Assembly: GCA_028534125.1 (NCBI GenBank)
Contig: JAPYYK010000045.1
Span: 310,001-374,000, forward strand
Source of the DNA: Lama glama
Taxonomy: Eukaryota
Reading direction: 5' to 3'
DNA: 64,000 nt
Position numbers and translations under genes: made by a program. Position 1 is the first letter of the stretch, and every line of letters starts with the position of its first letter. The notes below the pieces were generated by a model. It worked only from the letters and a program-made list of their open reading frames with translations, did not search any database and was not told the DNA's origin. Below, piece after piece: positions 11,654 through 25,165 of this stretch.

Positions 11654-13589
11654 AGAACGTCCTCCAAGGGAGTTTTAAAGTAACATTCACGTGGGGGGAA
11701 CGTTCTGGACACCTTCCTCCTGGTCAGACGTTCAGGAGGCCTGTGAACCGCGGTGCATTCGTGTCAGTTTTAACTTGAGGAAGGAAGTGTAGGGGGATTT
11801 TTCAGTAGCTAGAAACTGAAACTATCTTACCCTGCTTTTGAGCTCCCAGGAGCATCTGATGCTTCCAGTGTTATGTAACTCAGTATGTCTGTCCTCGGTA
11901 AAACTGTGACCCTTTCTGAGTAACATAAGAATCCAGGGTTTGCCCAGGGATTGTGCAACTGCCGTCCTCCCAAAGGAAGAGCACTTCCATGCGGAAGATG
12001 GTGCGTGTCCTCAGCAGCCAAGGGTTTGTTTACTTCCTCTAGTTTGTATTTTAAAAGTAACACTTTCCATTCTCTGGACACAAGTCTCTGCTACTAACAC
12101 GTCTGCTAAAACTCCGTGAGGAAAGCACCCACCGCCCTCCTCTCGGCACCCCACCCTTGCCCCACGAGAGCTGGTCTCTTTTGACGCTGAATAGTGAAGT
12201 AATTCTTTTTAAACAATCCTTTTGGCTTTCACACTAGGTTCACACTAGTTGGGCATCTCTCTTTTCTCCCTGAGCGGCAGACAGCTCTGTTCACCTCTGA
12301 GTTCGTACCCAGGGAAGCAGAGCAACTTGGGGTCCACGCTCAAGGCCGGTGGGCCCCGCCGGGTGTTTACTCCTGAGATTTTAGAGCTCAGCCCCGTCTC
12401 CCTGCGAAGCAACCACACGAGGTCCCACGTCCACACAGTTAGTACCAGAGCTTCCTTTCGATGTAGATTTTCCAACTGAAAAAGCAGTAATTCTGAACTG
12501 CAGATACATCAGACACCTCCAGCCCTTTCTTGCTTCTTAATCATTGTGTACGCTGCTGGGTCTCAAGTTTATAAATTTTATTAACTTAAAAACCAGCCAG
12601 TTTAGATACTTCAGTATTTTTAAATCACCTTGAAAGCAACAACCAGGCAATCTCCGGTCAGTGTTCTCGCATGGTTACTTGCTCTTCAGTGTGGGGCTCA
12701 TCCAGAGATGATAACGTACTTGGCAGTGTCCACCTTGTGGTGCTTCGCCGGCATTTGCTGTGCTAGATGGTCCTGAAGTAAGTGGGCCGTCAGCTGAAGC
12801 CTGGGAACCTTTTAATTGGACAGATTTTCGCTGGATCGGTTGGTGTTTGTGACGGTAGGATTTGACCTGCGTCTGTAAACCCAGAGCAGTAGCGCTGTTC
12901 CCGCTTAGCCTGGATTGCTGCTCCTTCCAGCCGACTCCGCACAAAGTGCAGTCCTTACATAGCGCTCCTCACCCCGGCCGCTACGTCGTAGGGGAACAGC
13001 TGATCAGCCGGCCCAGCCGGGTGACCAGCTCTGAGCTGAGGAGAGCGCCTCTGGTGAGCAGCAGGGCGGGGGCTGCCCTCGGGGGGGCTGTGGGCAGCGC
13101 CCGCCCCCAGGCCCCGGGTGCCCGGGTGTCGGGGACACTGCCCTGCGCAGCCTGGGTGCGCGCCCGTGGCCAGCACCACGCAGCCCTTCCGTGCGTTGTT
13201 TCCTCCTCCGCGCCTCTCCTCCTGCATCCGGGCACTGCCAAGCTGGAGTCCGTGTTTCACTGCACTTTCTAATCCCTCGTCACGGTGAGAAACGTTGGTC
13301 TGGGTGAATGATGCTGATTAAGGGTGCAATCTGTTAACCATTTTTCCCTCTAATTAAACCACCAGTGTATTGGGTTTGGTTTTGTTTTCCAATTCCACTC
13401 AAGAAAAGCCAGCAAGCAGTAACTCTTCAGCCCAAAGAATCTTCCTCAGAAGCTGGAGTGGTCGAACCTGCAGCAGGAAAGCAGCCCTGGGCGCGTTACA
13501 CGCGTCCTGGAAGATTCCGGACCGGCTGAGCCGTGGAAGAGACGCGTCTGCTGACCAGGGACACTGGTCCCACCGTGAGTGGTTTATCA

Positions 13590-14430
13590 AAGCCACCTAC
13601 CCGCCCACAATTAGTGTCCCAGGAAGGACACAGTCCCTGCCTGCAACGACTGATAGTCTCATTGGGGAAATAAAAAAGAAAATCAAGGATTATGGTGAAG
13701 GGAGGTAAACCGCCTAATAAAGGTGCTTTGTTGTGGGAGGTGAGCTGAGTGGGAGGTGCTCAGCTAGTGGAAAGCACAGTGGGGTGGGCGTGAGCCGTGC
13801 ACAACAAAGGAGGAAAGCGTGAGCACGTGTGCCCCACGTGGAGAGCTTGGAGAGCTGCAGACCAGCGTGGGCAGAGGGCCCTTTTGGCGTGAGGCAGGAC
13901 GTAGAGGCGGAGGCACGGGCCAGGCCACGGGGCGTCCCTCTAGGCTCTGCAGAGTTGCCCCGTAGGTGCAGGGCTGGAAGGTTGGAGTCAAGGCGCTGTG
14001 ACCAGAGCTGCTCACAAGAGAATCTCCTGGGCCGTGTGGATCGTGGTGGCTGGGGGTGGAAGGTCGGGCCTCTGGTGGGAAGTGACAGGGCCTGAACAGG
14101 GGTGTTCTCCAGCAGGCAGACAGCATCCTGCTGCTTAGAAGAGCTGGCAGGACTTGGAGCAGTGGAAAGGGCTGCTGGGGGCGGAGGGGGGCAGAGTCAG
14201 CGGTGACAGTGGGTCCCAAGTCTAGGTGATTGGCAGAAGGTGGCAGTTGGCAGCTTCGGGCGGACGTGGAGGGCGGGGGTGTGCGTGAGGCGGTGGCCTC
14301 ACTGGGGGTGAGCTGACGCCGAGGTGCTTGGGAATGTTCAGATAGTGGCACCCAGAAAGTAGCTGGTCTGAAGCCGGGGAGAAAGGTGGGAGCTGAGCAC
14401 ACCTGTGTTTATGACTAAAGCCATGGGGTG
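13590..14430 (-). mobile_element. L2 LINE fragment
   Basis: Purine-rich stretch with L2 3' hallmarks ('acacagtccctgcctgc...gtctcattgggga', 'actaaagccatggg'); boundaries approximate. Confidence 0.55.
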
Positions 14431-15116
14431 CCAGGCTCGTCTAGGGAGCAGGTGTCAGGAGGTAACAGCAAGCAGATGGCGGGGCCTGACTCTCCCAGCC
14501 TTTTCCTCCGCGGTGACACCAGACCCGTGTGCGAGAAGACGAGGGCCATGCCCCTTGCTGTCTGCCTGCGGGTGCTGTGGTGACCTTTGGGTTACAGGGA
14601 TGCGTCCCAGAGAGTCCGGAGACGTCGGGTCGGCTCAGGGGCATCTGGGCTGGGGGTTTTCAGCGCATTGCCAGTGCTGCCAGCGGGGCTGCGGTTCCAC
14701 TTGTGGCAAGGCTCCCAGCTTACTCAGCTTTGATTCTCCCTTCCGCTCAGTCTCACGGTGCGTGGGTCGCAGTCAGGGGGTTGAGGTCACAGTCGGAGCT
14801 CTGTTCCTCTTTCTGGTCTGTGCTGCACGCTGGGCGGTGGCTAGTCCACACTGGGCTCTGTTCCCATCACAGCCCAGAGCCCAGCCGCCTGCCTTGGTGA
14901 CACAGAGCAGCAGGGTCCCACCAAGAGGATGGTGAGGTGAAGACACTGGAAACGCATCTGGACTCTGACCCCTGCCTGTTTCTGTCCCGTCTGTGGGTCT
15001 GAAATCAGCCACATGCAGTTGGTTATCTGGGAGAGACATGGCTGTTCAGTAAAATAACAGCCTCACATGTCTGTAGGTTACACAGGGTGAGTAGGAATTA
15101 GCCTGGGTAATCCAAC

Positions 15117-15126
15117 CTATAAATAA
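15117..15126. promoter_or_regulatory. Consensus MEF2 site
   Basis: CTATAAATAA fits YTA(A/T)4TAR, in an AT-rich non-repeat island. Confidence 0.35.
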
Positions 15127-15219
15127 TCAAAACCCTTTACATGAGTGTGAGCGTTTGCTCGTTTCGCTCCCCCGGTAGACGGCAAGCCCCAGCCTGGCCA
15201 AGGGGACAGAGACCGGAGC

Positions 15220-15380
15220 TTGTGTGGTGTGTGCTGGGCAAGGCCCTGCACCTGCGGTCCCACTCAGGGCTTCTGAGAGCCTTGCACACCCAGTTTACGG
15301 AGGACACTGAAGCAGGGGGAAGCCAGGCCTTCCCTGTGATCACATAACAAGCAGGTGCGGGGCCAGCAGTGAGCTGTGGA
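15220..15380 (+). mobile_element. MIR SINE fragment
   Basis: Degenerate MIR core 'cccagtttacggaggacactgaagc...tgatcacataacaag'. Confidence 0.5.
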
Positions 15381-18300
15381 GCCAGTGCAGGGTGACTGCT
15401 GTCTCGTTAAGCAGCTCCCAGATCGTTGCTAATATCCCTGGCCGTTGAGTCTACTTGAAGAGAGATGGTGATAATGAAACCTGTTTCGAGAAAGGAGGAA
15501 AAACCTCAGAGTAGTTTAGGAAGAAGTGAGTCAAGTTAAAGTTGGAATTTCGCATCACTTTAAAATAGGTGTATTTTTTGTTATTTTTAATCACCTGTGT
15601 TAAAACTTGCTCAGGAGAGAAGGTGTGCTGTAGCCTTGAAGGCTGTGGTCTAAGACTGCTTTCGGTGAGTGCCTTGGGCAGAAGCAGTACTCTGAAGCCG
15701 TCTGTCGGTGGTCAAACACAGGTGCTTTAAGTAAGGCCTTTCTCTTATCTTTTTTCTGCTGGTAATTTACTTGTAAAATAATTTCAAGCAGATGGTACGA
15801 AGGTGCGCTTGAACTCAGAACCTGTCAAAGTCCTGAATTAGAAGAGCCTGAATTTCTGAGGTGTTTCTAACTGAGGGACCCTTCTCACCCGCAAAACCAA
15901 GCATTCTGCACATGTGTCCCCTCTCCCAAAGAGCTACGCTTTTAAAACACCTGTTTTGCTCTAGGGGCAAAATTTAACCCCTAGACCCAAAGATCCCGCG
16001 TCTGAAGACTCGACCTCGAGCCAGGGTCTCGTGGTCACCCGAGGCAGGTCTTCTCGACCCCCATTTCAGGCTGGTGCCGCCGTGGGTCACGCCTCCAGGA
16101 AGCCGAATCAGGACCTTCTGTCGGCACTGGTCTCTCTCCTGGTCGCCCCTTGCGCAGACTGAGTGTCCGGACCGTCTGCATGTGGTCACACTCGGCTCGT
16201 CACTCTGCATCTTCCTCCCTGAGGCGGGGCTCTTTGAGACCTGGCGGCAGTGTCCCCTCTGCCCCCTGAGACCCCTCACAGAGTGGGCACGCTGGGGATG
16301 CCGTGGCCCAGCTCTGCCCTCTGCTCCTGCCTGGGGCGTGGGAGGGGCGGCCGTGCCGCCTTCTGCGGGCCTCGCAGGCTGCTGGTGGCTGCAGTCAGTG
16401 ACATGTTGGGGGCTGGGAAGGACGTGCGTCAGCATTGGGGTTTCTTTAGCAGCAGAAAGAGGAAAGAATGAGAACAGAACAAGTCCCTAACTGTGTGGAA
16501 CCTACTTAGAGGTAAAAGTTTTCCTCTGTTAGTTCTGAGCATTTACTTGCTCTTGAGATGTGAGGTCCAGGGAGCCCCACGAACCCCTTTGCAAGGGTTT
16601 TGATTCATAACCTATTGCTAATAAAATTAAAATAATTGCTACCCAAGTTGGCTGCTGGACAGTGATGTTTACCATGTAAAAAAAAAAAACCCACCTCTTT
16701 GCAGGCTGCGGACCTGGGAGCTCGGCGCAGAAGAGGTGTACCGGTGGTCAGTGACTGCCTGGGAGGGCTGGTCGGTGCGGGGCTGGTGGCTGCTTCCCTG
16801 TGTGCATGGCCCTCAGGGCCAGCAGTCAGGCCGCTTTTGCCACGCGCTCTGAGCCTGTGTTCTGAATCATCTGCGTGAGTTTACTTCATGGGGCCTGCAC
16901 ACCGTGTGGACCTAAATGCTGAGCTGTGGGAATGTGAGAGCAGGCAGGACACGCGGGAAGCGCGGCCCCGTGCCGGTGCCCACGTGTGGGGCAGTGCGGT
17001 CTCCTTGGTTCTGTCGCCGGGCTCGGGACCAAGTCCGCACGTGGCTTTGTGGGCTTGCCTTGGACGTTGTAGGGAAGCCCTAGTGTATTTGTGTCTTTCC
17101 TTCTGCAGTAAGTATGTGTTGTGTGAGTTTCAAAAGACACAGACGCTCCTCAGGAGCTGGAAAACCCACGAGGAGGCGCGGACCGCACGGAGGACGGGGG
17201 GTGTGCTCCCAGGGACGTCCAGGCGGCACGGTCCGTGGACGCAGAGAAGCATGGGTCCCCTGCCGTGTGAGGTGGAGTGAGATGGACCGGAGCAGGCGCA
17301 GTGGCGTTGCTGTGTCCGTTCGCACCTGCCCCGCCAGGCCACCAGCTGGCAGTGAGGTTCTGGGGGTGTTTACAGTGTAACCCAAGTTACGTGCTGTGTC
17401 TCTTGACCTTTCCTGTTTTTGTTCCACGTGTGCTGAGTTCTTGGTAGAGACACACTGAGGAGTGAGATAAGATGAAGTTGGATGTGGTTCACTACTTTCA
17501 CTGGGCCTGGAGGGGCCCTCTGGCCGTTGCCCAGCGGACGCTCACTCCCCAGCAGGGGCCGCGCCCTCAGCGTTGCTCTGACTCAGCCTAGTACCCACTT
17601 GGCCGCAGCTGCCTGGCCGTGTGCCGTGGGTGTCTCTTACTTTGAGGGGTTTGTGGATAAACTAGACCGTGGTTTTGAGGGGACCCTCGTGCTGGCAAGA
17701 ATTCCCGACCTGCTCCCCCACGGAGTTCTGGCCCGACCCCCAGGGTGTGTAAACGCAGTGCGATGCTTCCCGCTGGGCCTGATGTAACCAGGCAGCCCTG
17801 AGAGCCGAGAGCTTGCTGGGCCGACGACCGAAGGGGCAGCGGGTGTGGGGGGCAGGGGTGTCTAGAGAGTGGAGGGTGTCTAGGGAGGACCTGGTGCTCT
17901 TAAGGGGGTGCTGCCTTTTCAGATGGGGGTGCTGGCCCAGGCCTCGTCGTCACTGTCCCTTGGCCACATCTTTGTGTCAACCTTTAGTTTATTCCACACT
18001 CCCCATGTGCACATCCAGATCATTCAGGACCCCCGACATGTTCCTGGAAGTGCAGCCTCAGAAGGTGCCTTCCGTCCCCCGAGACCCCCGCCGTCAGAGC
18101 CGCGGCAGGTGCTCCTCCTCAGAGGTAGAAGGCCCAGCAGCCGTGTCTCTGAGATGCCCCAAGGGGGTGGTTCTTAGACTCAGAAGTGCTTTCCAGTCCC
18201 TGCAGGTCTTCCAGGGCCACGACCCCAGCCCCTTCTGGGGCGGGAGGGCGAGGCTGGGGTGTGGAGAACAAGACGGGACGCTCCCTCCGCTCGGCCTCTT

Positions 18301-21300
18301 CGGGGCAGTAAGCCGGGGCCGTTCCCGTCACTGCGGTCGCAACCTGAGCCCAGGGAGCCCTTGGAGCTGGTTCCGTCAGCGCTGACCCGTGATGCGCTCC
18401 GGCCCTCGGTGGGCCCAGCTCTCCGGAGCCACGGCTTGATTTCAGACTTGGTCACAAGAGTTCGGTTTTAATTATGCGCCTTCCTGAGCTCCCAGTAGCA
18501 TCAAGTTAAGGGCTTTCATGGGGCTTTCCCTAAGCGGGTCTGTGGTGCTCTGCGAGCCCGGCGCAACTCGCGGTCAGACTGGCTGCGCCGTCTGAGTGAG
18601 CGGCCATCTGCACTCCGGCCCTTTGCCAGGAGCAGGCCCAGCCGGCGGGGTGTCGTGGGGGACCTCAGGAGGGACGACGGCAAGGAGCCGCTTGTCAGCC
18701 TGGCGCACCTTAAACTGTGGTCTGTCTGGCTGCTCGTCCTTCCGGCTTCTCTTCTGCTTTCTGAGCAACTTCCAGTCCCTGCTGCTCCAGCCCCGTGCAC
18801 AGTGTCCACGGCCCCTGGCTGGGCCACACGGGCTGTGGAGTAACTCCCTCTCTGAGCAGCTGTCGTCTGGTTCGGGCTCAGCAGGGGGTCCCGCCCTGGT
18901 GGCCTCATCTGTCGTCTTCAGGTGCAGGTGGAGCAGCAGAGCTTCCTCCTGAGACCCCCGGAGCAGAGGCCGTGTCTCCCTTGTGCGTCAGCCGCATGGC
19001 AGACAGAACGCTCACCTTCTCTAAGATAAATGAGGGCGAGCCGTCCAGACCCGGCTTCCAGAGCAGAGTGAGAGGAGCTGCTCTGTGCTGAGAGAGCTTG
19101 CCCGCAAAGATGGGGTCACTCCCCGACGGGGGCAGGAGGGGCCTGCAGTCTGGCCTCCAGGACACCGCACTGCTGCCACTCCGCTGACCTGCCCACGTGT
19201 CCCTGGGGGACCCCGTGAGAGGCCCTGGCCTCAAGTGCTCACTCATTGCTGGCCCGCAGACCCTCAGGCAAGCCCCTGCCTCACCTCCTGCCCTGCGGAC
19301 CCACTCGGTAGTCTCCCTATGGGGACGGCAGCCCGCTTTCTGGAGTGAGACGCGTGTCCAGGTCACAGCAAGCCGTGCGTAGTGTGAGTGACAGCGGGGC
19401 GGGGGGAGGGGAAGAGCTGAAGTTAAGTGTCACCAGTCCAGCAGCTCTGTGCCTTTTACCCATGAGCCCTAACTCTTCTCTCTGCCTGAACCTGAGCAGT
19501 GTTTTCATGGAACAGTGGGTTATCAAGGGCATCAAGAAGCCAAGCAAAGCAGGCGTTTCTGGAAGCACGATCCAAACACCGGAGAGAGCTGGGTCCTAAA
19601 CCCCAGCCTGCCTTCCAGCCTCTAAGAGCATTTTTCTTAGCTGACTCCTGTTAGAATGAGAACTTCCTCTCCTTTAGAAATCCCAGCATCTTCCTTCTCT
19701 GAAACAACACCGTGTGCGTCACAGGGCCTGTGTCACCTCGGCAGCACCCACCCCTCCTGTGAGGTCCAGCTCCCCTCTCCTGCTCGGGCAGAGACCTTCT
19801 CGGAAAGTAGCTCAGGCTGGCCTTTGAAGTCAGCAGTGTGAGGCCCAAGGGCTCCAGAAGCTCCAAGAGTCAGGGGGAAGCTTGGTGGGGTGGGGCTGGA
19901 AGTAGTGAGCAAGGACCGAGGGCTGCCTCGGTCTGGTGATGGGCACTGTCTTATCTCTGGATCCTTCATCACCACACCTCTCAACAAACGTTCACCCCAA
20001 AAGAAACCGATGACACGACTAGTAAGACGACTGAAGACACCAGACAGCAGACTGATGGCCTGCGGTCACTCTGCCAGGAGGAGCAGGAGTGTGTCCTGGG
20101 CCCCTCGGTGTGTCTCCGCGCCCCCTGCTGTGCCGGTGCAGGTTCGAGCACCGCGTACACACCTCTCCCCACAGGCCGGCGCCCGAGGAAGCCCTCTGTG
20201 GCCTGCCCTTTCCTGTCCCGGGGGAGCCTGGGAGCTGCTTGAGTGCTGGGTGGCAGTGCTTACCTGTGCTCTGCACTTCTAAGTCTGTACTGTCCCCATG
20301 TCGCATCGGCTCCTTCAGCAGAGGCCGTGCAGAACATGATCCTGCCTGAGACGGGGCGTCCGTGGCTCCAGACAAGCAGGGCTGGTCCAGACCCCACTCG
20401 TGGAGTCAGCCCGGGAGTGAGCGCGTGTGCCATGGCCGAGCTTGGCATCTGGCAGAAGTGGGCAGAGGGCATCTCTTCCCTGTAGAGGCGGCTTTCAGGG
20501 TCCACACAGCAGGACGTGGAGCTGGCGACGTGGCTGAGTCCCCCAACGAAGAGACTCTCAGGGAGGAGTTTAGGCACCTTCTGGGAGAGCCTGCAGGTCA
20601 GGCACAGGTGCTCTGTCGGCCTTCGGGCCTGGTCTGCACCCCGCTTCCCGCAGGCCTGCGCTTCGCGGGAGAAGGAAACCATGCCACAGGCTGGAGGCCT
20701 AGTGGGATGCAGGCCGTGTTCCAGGCCTGGGAGAGCCTGTCCAGGACAGTTCTCCCGCGTGGGTGAGCAGTTGGGAAAGGCTGTGCTGCCCAGAAGCGGC
20801 GAGAGCCAAGATCCCTGAGGTCGTCCTTTGGTTTGGGTGACTGTGAGCCCAGTTCCCGCCCAAAGATCCTGAGCTAACTCACTCGCACCCACACCAGCAG
20901 CCAGTGATGCTTCCACGGCTGGAAAGTGGGGGGCAGGAAGGACATCCCCCTCCCTACTGTCACCTGAGGTTCCCCATAGAGCGTGTGGTTGTGCGCCCAA
21001 GGTCACATGGCGAGAAGATGTCAGAGCAGAAGCTGCAGCCCAGGCCCCCGCCATCAGACATCACACAGCTCCCAGGACCAGGAGCCATTCGGGTCCATGT
21101 CTCTCCAGCACTTGTCACCTTCTGGCCCTGCCGGCACTGAGGGTGTAACCGGCAAGAAGATAGTGGCCCAGTCACAGATGAGGGAATTTTAGGGAAGCCT
21201 CTCACAACAGCGTGGTTTTAAAAGTGGGTGTAGGTGTGTGTGGTGTGTGTGCTTCTGTGTGTGGGGGGGGTGGGGTCCGTCCCTTGGGCTGTGGTGCTGT

Positions 21301-22079
21301 CCCCCGGCTCTTAAGCCACCTGAGGCGTGGGGCTGTCATGCATGTGACATGTCCACACACACTGTCCCTGGGGCCCCCAGAGGTCGTCCACCCTTGGTTT
21401 CTCCTCTTCCTTCTTGTCTGTTCTTGGGGATTTGTAGTTAAAACATGAAAAGAGAAAGAAGTAAATACATTCAAATCAATTGAGTTTTTATTTGTAAAAA
21501 CAGTGTGGATAAGAGGGTGAAGGTTGTTTACGATTGGTAGTGAATGTAAAGCAGACGTAGTCACCGTTGTTTGCAGTGACTGTAGGTCATGCATCACCGT
21601 CCAGACCTGTGAAACCCCTTCTGGGACCTCAGGCTGCCTCCTTGTTTCTTGTTTTTGACCGACCTCCCGGGGACTCGGATGGGACCCCGCCCCACCCTCT
21701 TCCCCTCACTGCGCTCTGGGCGGGGCAGGGCTGCAGCTGAGGGGCCATCGTGGAGTGGACGTCAAGACCAGGAAGGTCACACAGGCACCCAGTCTCTCCC
21801 AGGGCACGAGGGCAGTTTGATTTCGGGACGGGGAGCCGTTTTTGATCACCTTATGTTGCTGAGTCCAGTCTGAAAAGACACCCCCAGAGGCTCGGGTCTC
21901 GTGGGCCCAGGACGCGGGAGTGCGCCGCTCAGGGCCTTCAGCTGCTTTCCTTAAACGTTTCCAGCCGTGAGGTTGCAACTGGATTTGAGAAGTTCATTTA
22001 TAAGTGGAATGATGAGTCCAGTCCCTTGCTAACGCTGATTTTTTGTCTGTCTGTTTGTCCGTCTGTCTCCTTTCTCCAG

Positions 22080-22096
22080 CATGAGAGGCTCTCTAG
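22080..22096 (+). CDS. PPP1R12B: 17-nt microexon (HERLS + split R codon)
   Basis: Branch point GCTAAC (22028), pyrimidine tract, CAG|CATGAGAGGCTCTCTAG|GTAAGA. Restores the known MYPT2 HERLSRLESGGS sequence. Confidence 0.92.
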
Positions 22097-22486
22097 GTAA
22101 GAACCCCCCGCGTGCATGCTTGTGCTCGGGCAGTGCATGTCCGCCCGCACTCAGCGTCACGGAGCCCGTCGCGTCCCACTTCCCCTCTCATCCCGCAGCC
22201 GCCACCACACTCAGGCTGCACGTCTCCCACCCGAAGGCGTGCAGTGCTGTGCACTCAGCTCCCGCCCCCAGGTCCCCCTCCCTGAGCTCTGGACCAGGCA
22301 CTGCGCTCTCAGTGAGACGCTGTCCTCACCTCCAGTCGGCACCCAGGCCACTGGGGAGAAGGTAATGTTGTAAGTGCCAGGAAGGGGTCCAGGCAGGTCC
22401 TCAGAGCAGACAAGAGGCGGGGCCTGACCTGCTGGTGCCGGAGCACTTCACGGCAGAGGTGGGCGTGTCACATAACAGCGGACCAA

Positions 22487-22562
22487 CCTGTTCCGGGCAG
22501 TGACTCCCTGTTCCCGGCGGTGACTCCCCGTTCCTGGTGGGGACTCCCCGTTCCTGGCAGTG
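22487..22562 (+). repeat. 20-bp minisatellite (~3.7 copies)
   Basis: Unit approximately ccYgttccYggcRgtgactc, repeated in tandem. Confidence 0.9.
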
Positions 22563-22949
22563 CGCAGTATTAACTGGCTGAAAGAACTGCAGCTGCTGAA
22601 GTTAAAGGAGCATGTCCGAGTTGGGGGAAGGATCGTCTGATTTTTCACCTAATGCTCGGGGCGCAGACCTCGCCTTCCTGCAGGATAGGATTGTAGAGAC
22701 TGCGGGGCTGGAACGTTGACTCCCCGCTTTCTGCAGCCCTTGAGGCAGAAGCTGGCGAGACGGGAGGTGTAGTTACAGGACAGCAGAGCAGAGGACAGAC
22801 AGTCTCAGCACTAATCGAATGTAAATTCACAGACGTGCGTGCTTTCTTCCTTTGCTCACCCTCTTGCCAGGCACCAGCTGAGGTGAAATACAGTTTCCAC
22901 CTAACCCAGCAGAAAATCCATTTTGCAAAATTGGTGGAGGGGGGTGCTT

Positions 22950-24150
22950 TGGTATAGTTAATTTTTTGTGGACTGTTATGTTACAGTGGCCATTTATGAA
23001 GGGAAATGTCCCTACAGACATCAAAATATGCAGTAAAACTGTAGTGGTTAAAACAGTGAGAACAGAGATTGTTGGAACACAGTAGAAAGCCCGAGAAGTC
23101 ATGTGAGTTTCCAGCTCCAGGGAAGGAACCCTTCAGTCATTGATCATTGGGACCATCAGCTGGACTGGAAAATAGATGCTTCTCTCAAACCACACTAGAA
23201 AAAAAACCAAAATCAAAACAAAACCAAAAAACCCCACCAAATTTCAGCTGGATTGCACTCCTTAAGAAGAAAGATTTTACTCCCAAAGTAGAAGACAACA
23301 CAATCTTTACATAGGAAAACCCACCCCAAGCATGTTACCATAAAGGTAAAAATTGTGCATTCTAATTATATAAAATTTAAAATCTCTGCTAGTGAAAGAC
23401 ACCATACACAGAGACAAAAAGTAAAGTGGAGGGGAAATTTTCACAGCCTACGGTTTTAAAAGCCCTGCTATATATAGGACGCTCCCGCAGTGTGAGGAGA
23501 AGCGCGGCAAAGGCTGAGTACGCAGCTCAGAAGCTGAGATGAGTAGCCGGGACGCGGAGCCTCCATGAGGACTTCAGAATGTTGGGATTAACAGCATCTA
23601 GATACTCCTGTTGGGTGGGAGAGGATCAGACCTCTCTAGAGGGCAGTACGTATCAGCATTTGAAGTGCATTTACCCCGACAGAACGGTTCCACGTCCGAG
23701 ATTTTATCCTGGGAAAATAGCTGAGCAAATACACTCAGGTTAGTAGACAAGTCTTCTCGTTGTAGCATTATTTATAGTAGCTAGAAATTCAAAACAGTAC
23801 GTGCCCATCGACGGAGGGCCCAGCTCCCACAAGCCACCCAACACGAGGGTGCACTGCCGCTCCAACAAGGCAAGCCTGCCTTTCCCTCCTCGGTGAGAAG
23901 CCTCAGTCTCCATGAGCAGGTGGGCGAGGAGGCGGAGCTAGACAGCGAGTGTGTGGTCTGACTTTATTTGTGGGAGCACGTGTTTCACCCTTCAGTGTTT
24001 AGCGCCCTAGTGGGTACTTCTGGGCAGGACATGGGATGCCTTCACCTTCTGTTTTGGACACTTTGTTACTAGTTCATGAACTTGTCAGCAAGCACGTGTT
24101 GCTTTTGTAATCAAAAGTCCATGAAGATATTTCTATATACAATTTTAAAA
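22950..24150 (+). mobile_element. Old L1 (L1ME/MC-like) ORF2 3' end and 3'UTR
   Basis: AT-rich block with L1 motifs 'aaaactgtagtggttaaaacagtg', 'taaaatttaaaatctctgct...aaagacaccat', 'tgtagcattatttatagtagctagaaatt'; contains an (AAAAC)n run at ~23198-23232. Confidence 0.75.
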
Positions 24151-25020
24151 AAAGGACAAGAAGGAAAGGATGTTTTGAAAAACGTTGTAGGACTTGGTGT
24201 CTCAGTAAGAAAACTGTGGCCCTTGGTGTCCTTAGGAACTTTGTCCCCTACCCCATGTCATCCTAATTGTCCCCCCACTTCCAGTGCTCAGTCCACCCCC
24301 CACCCCGGCTGCAACTCCCACGGGCCAAAGCTTGCAGCTGCAACTCTTCAGACCGCCCCAGTTCAGGACGTAGGGCTCTCAGGGCTGGTTTGTACAGGGC
24401 AGTTTTGTGGGCCATGTGTTAGTCTGGAAAGAAAGAGACACGCCAGGGTGTGTAAATGTAAAACGAGGACCAGGATGGCAGTTGTCCACTTAAACAGGAA
24501 GCCAGCTAAGGGCCTTCCCACTGAAGACCAGACAGTCCTGGGAAGAAAACCACCAGCCACCCTACGAGCTCGGTGACCTGGGATGCGACAGCCCCCCGCA
24601 GGCGGGGCAGCCCCGCCGTGGAGCCTGGGCGCCCTCGCTTACCTTCCTCCTCCTAGGCCTCTGCTCGGACTCCACCTGGGTTCGGACTCACTGGCGGTTC
24701 ACGGGAGTCACTTTCCGAGAGCCATTGAGATCCAAGAACCTTGTGCTGTTAAAAGCACTCCTGAGGGGAGCTCTTCAACCCTGAACTCACTGGGAAGGCT
24801 CTAAGATTTAGGTCAGCACAAGGGTCCAACCACTGATTTTTCAAGGAAGGCCCACTCTTAGCAAGTGCCGGCCTCCTCCTCTGAGCACGTGCCTGAGCTG
24901 CCAGGTGAGGCCGGGAGCCTGTTTCTGCCAGGGCATAGGAGAGGCACGAACTCCCTGAGCACCTCCTCCCTCCCTCTCCGTTCTCAAAGCCGGTTTTTAC
25001 CTCTGACATGTCTCCCACAG

Positions 25021-25165
25021 GTTGGAATCAGGAGGTAGTAACGCCGCGGCCAGCGACTCTTATGGTGACCGGGCATCCGCACGAGCGCGCCGGGAGGCCC
25101 GGGAGGCCCGTCTCGCCACTCTGACCAGCCGCGTGGAGGAGGACGGCCACAGGGACTACAGGAAG
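25021..25165 (+). CDS. PPP1R12B: MYPT2/M20 exon (R-LESGGSNAAASDSYGDRASARARREAREARLATLTSRVEEDGHRDYRK)
   Basis: cccacag| acceptor, AAG|gtcagg donor, phase-2 start complementing the microexon; peptide matches MYPT2. Confidence 0.95.

Noticed and set aside
16560-16760. Possible Charlie/MER33-type DNA transposon fragment
   Set aside because: Similarity too degenerate to call by eye.
22487-22562. Short direct repeats as a CRISPR-like array (also 53284, 59633)
   Set aside because: Head-to-tail minisatellites with no unique spacers, in eukaryotic context with no cas genes.
23768-23777. MEF2 consensus TTATTTATAG
   Set aside because: Lies inside an AT-rich L1 remnant, so a chance match is likely.
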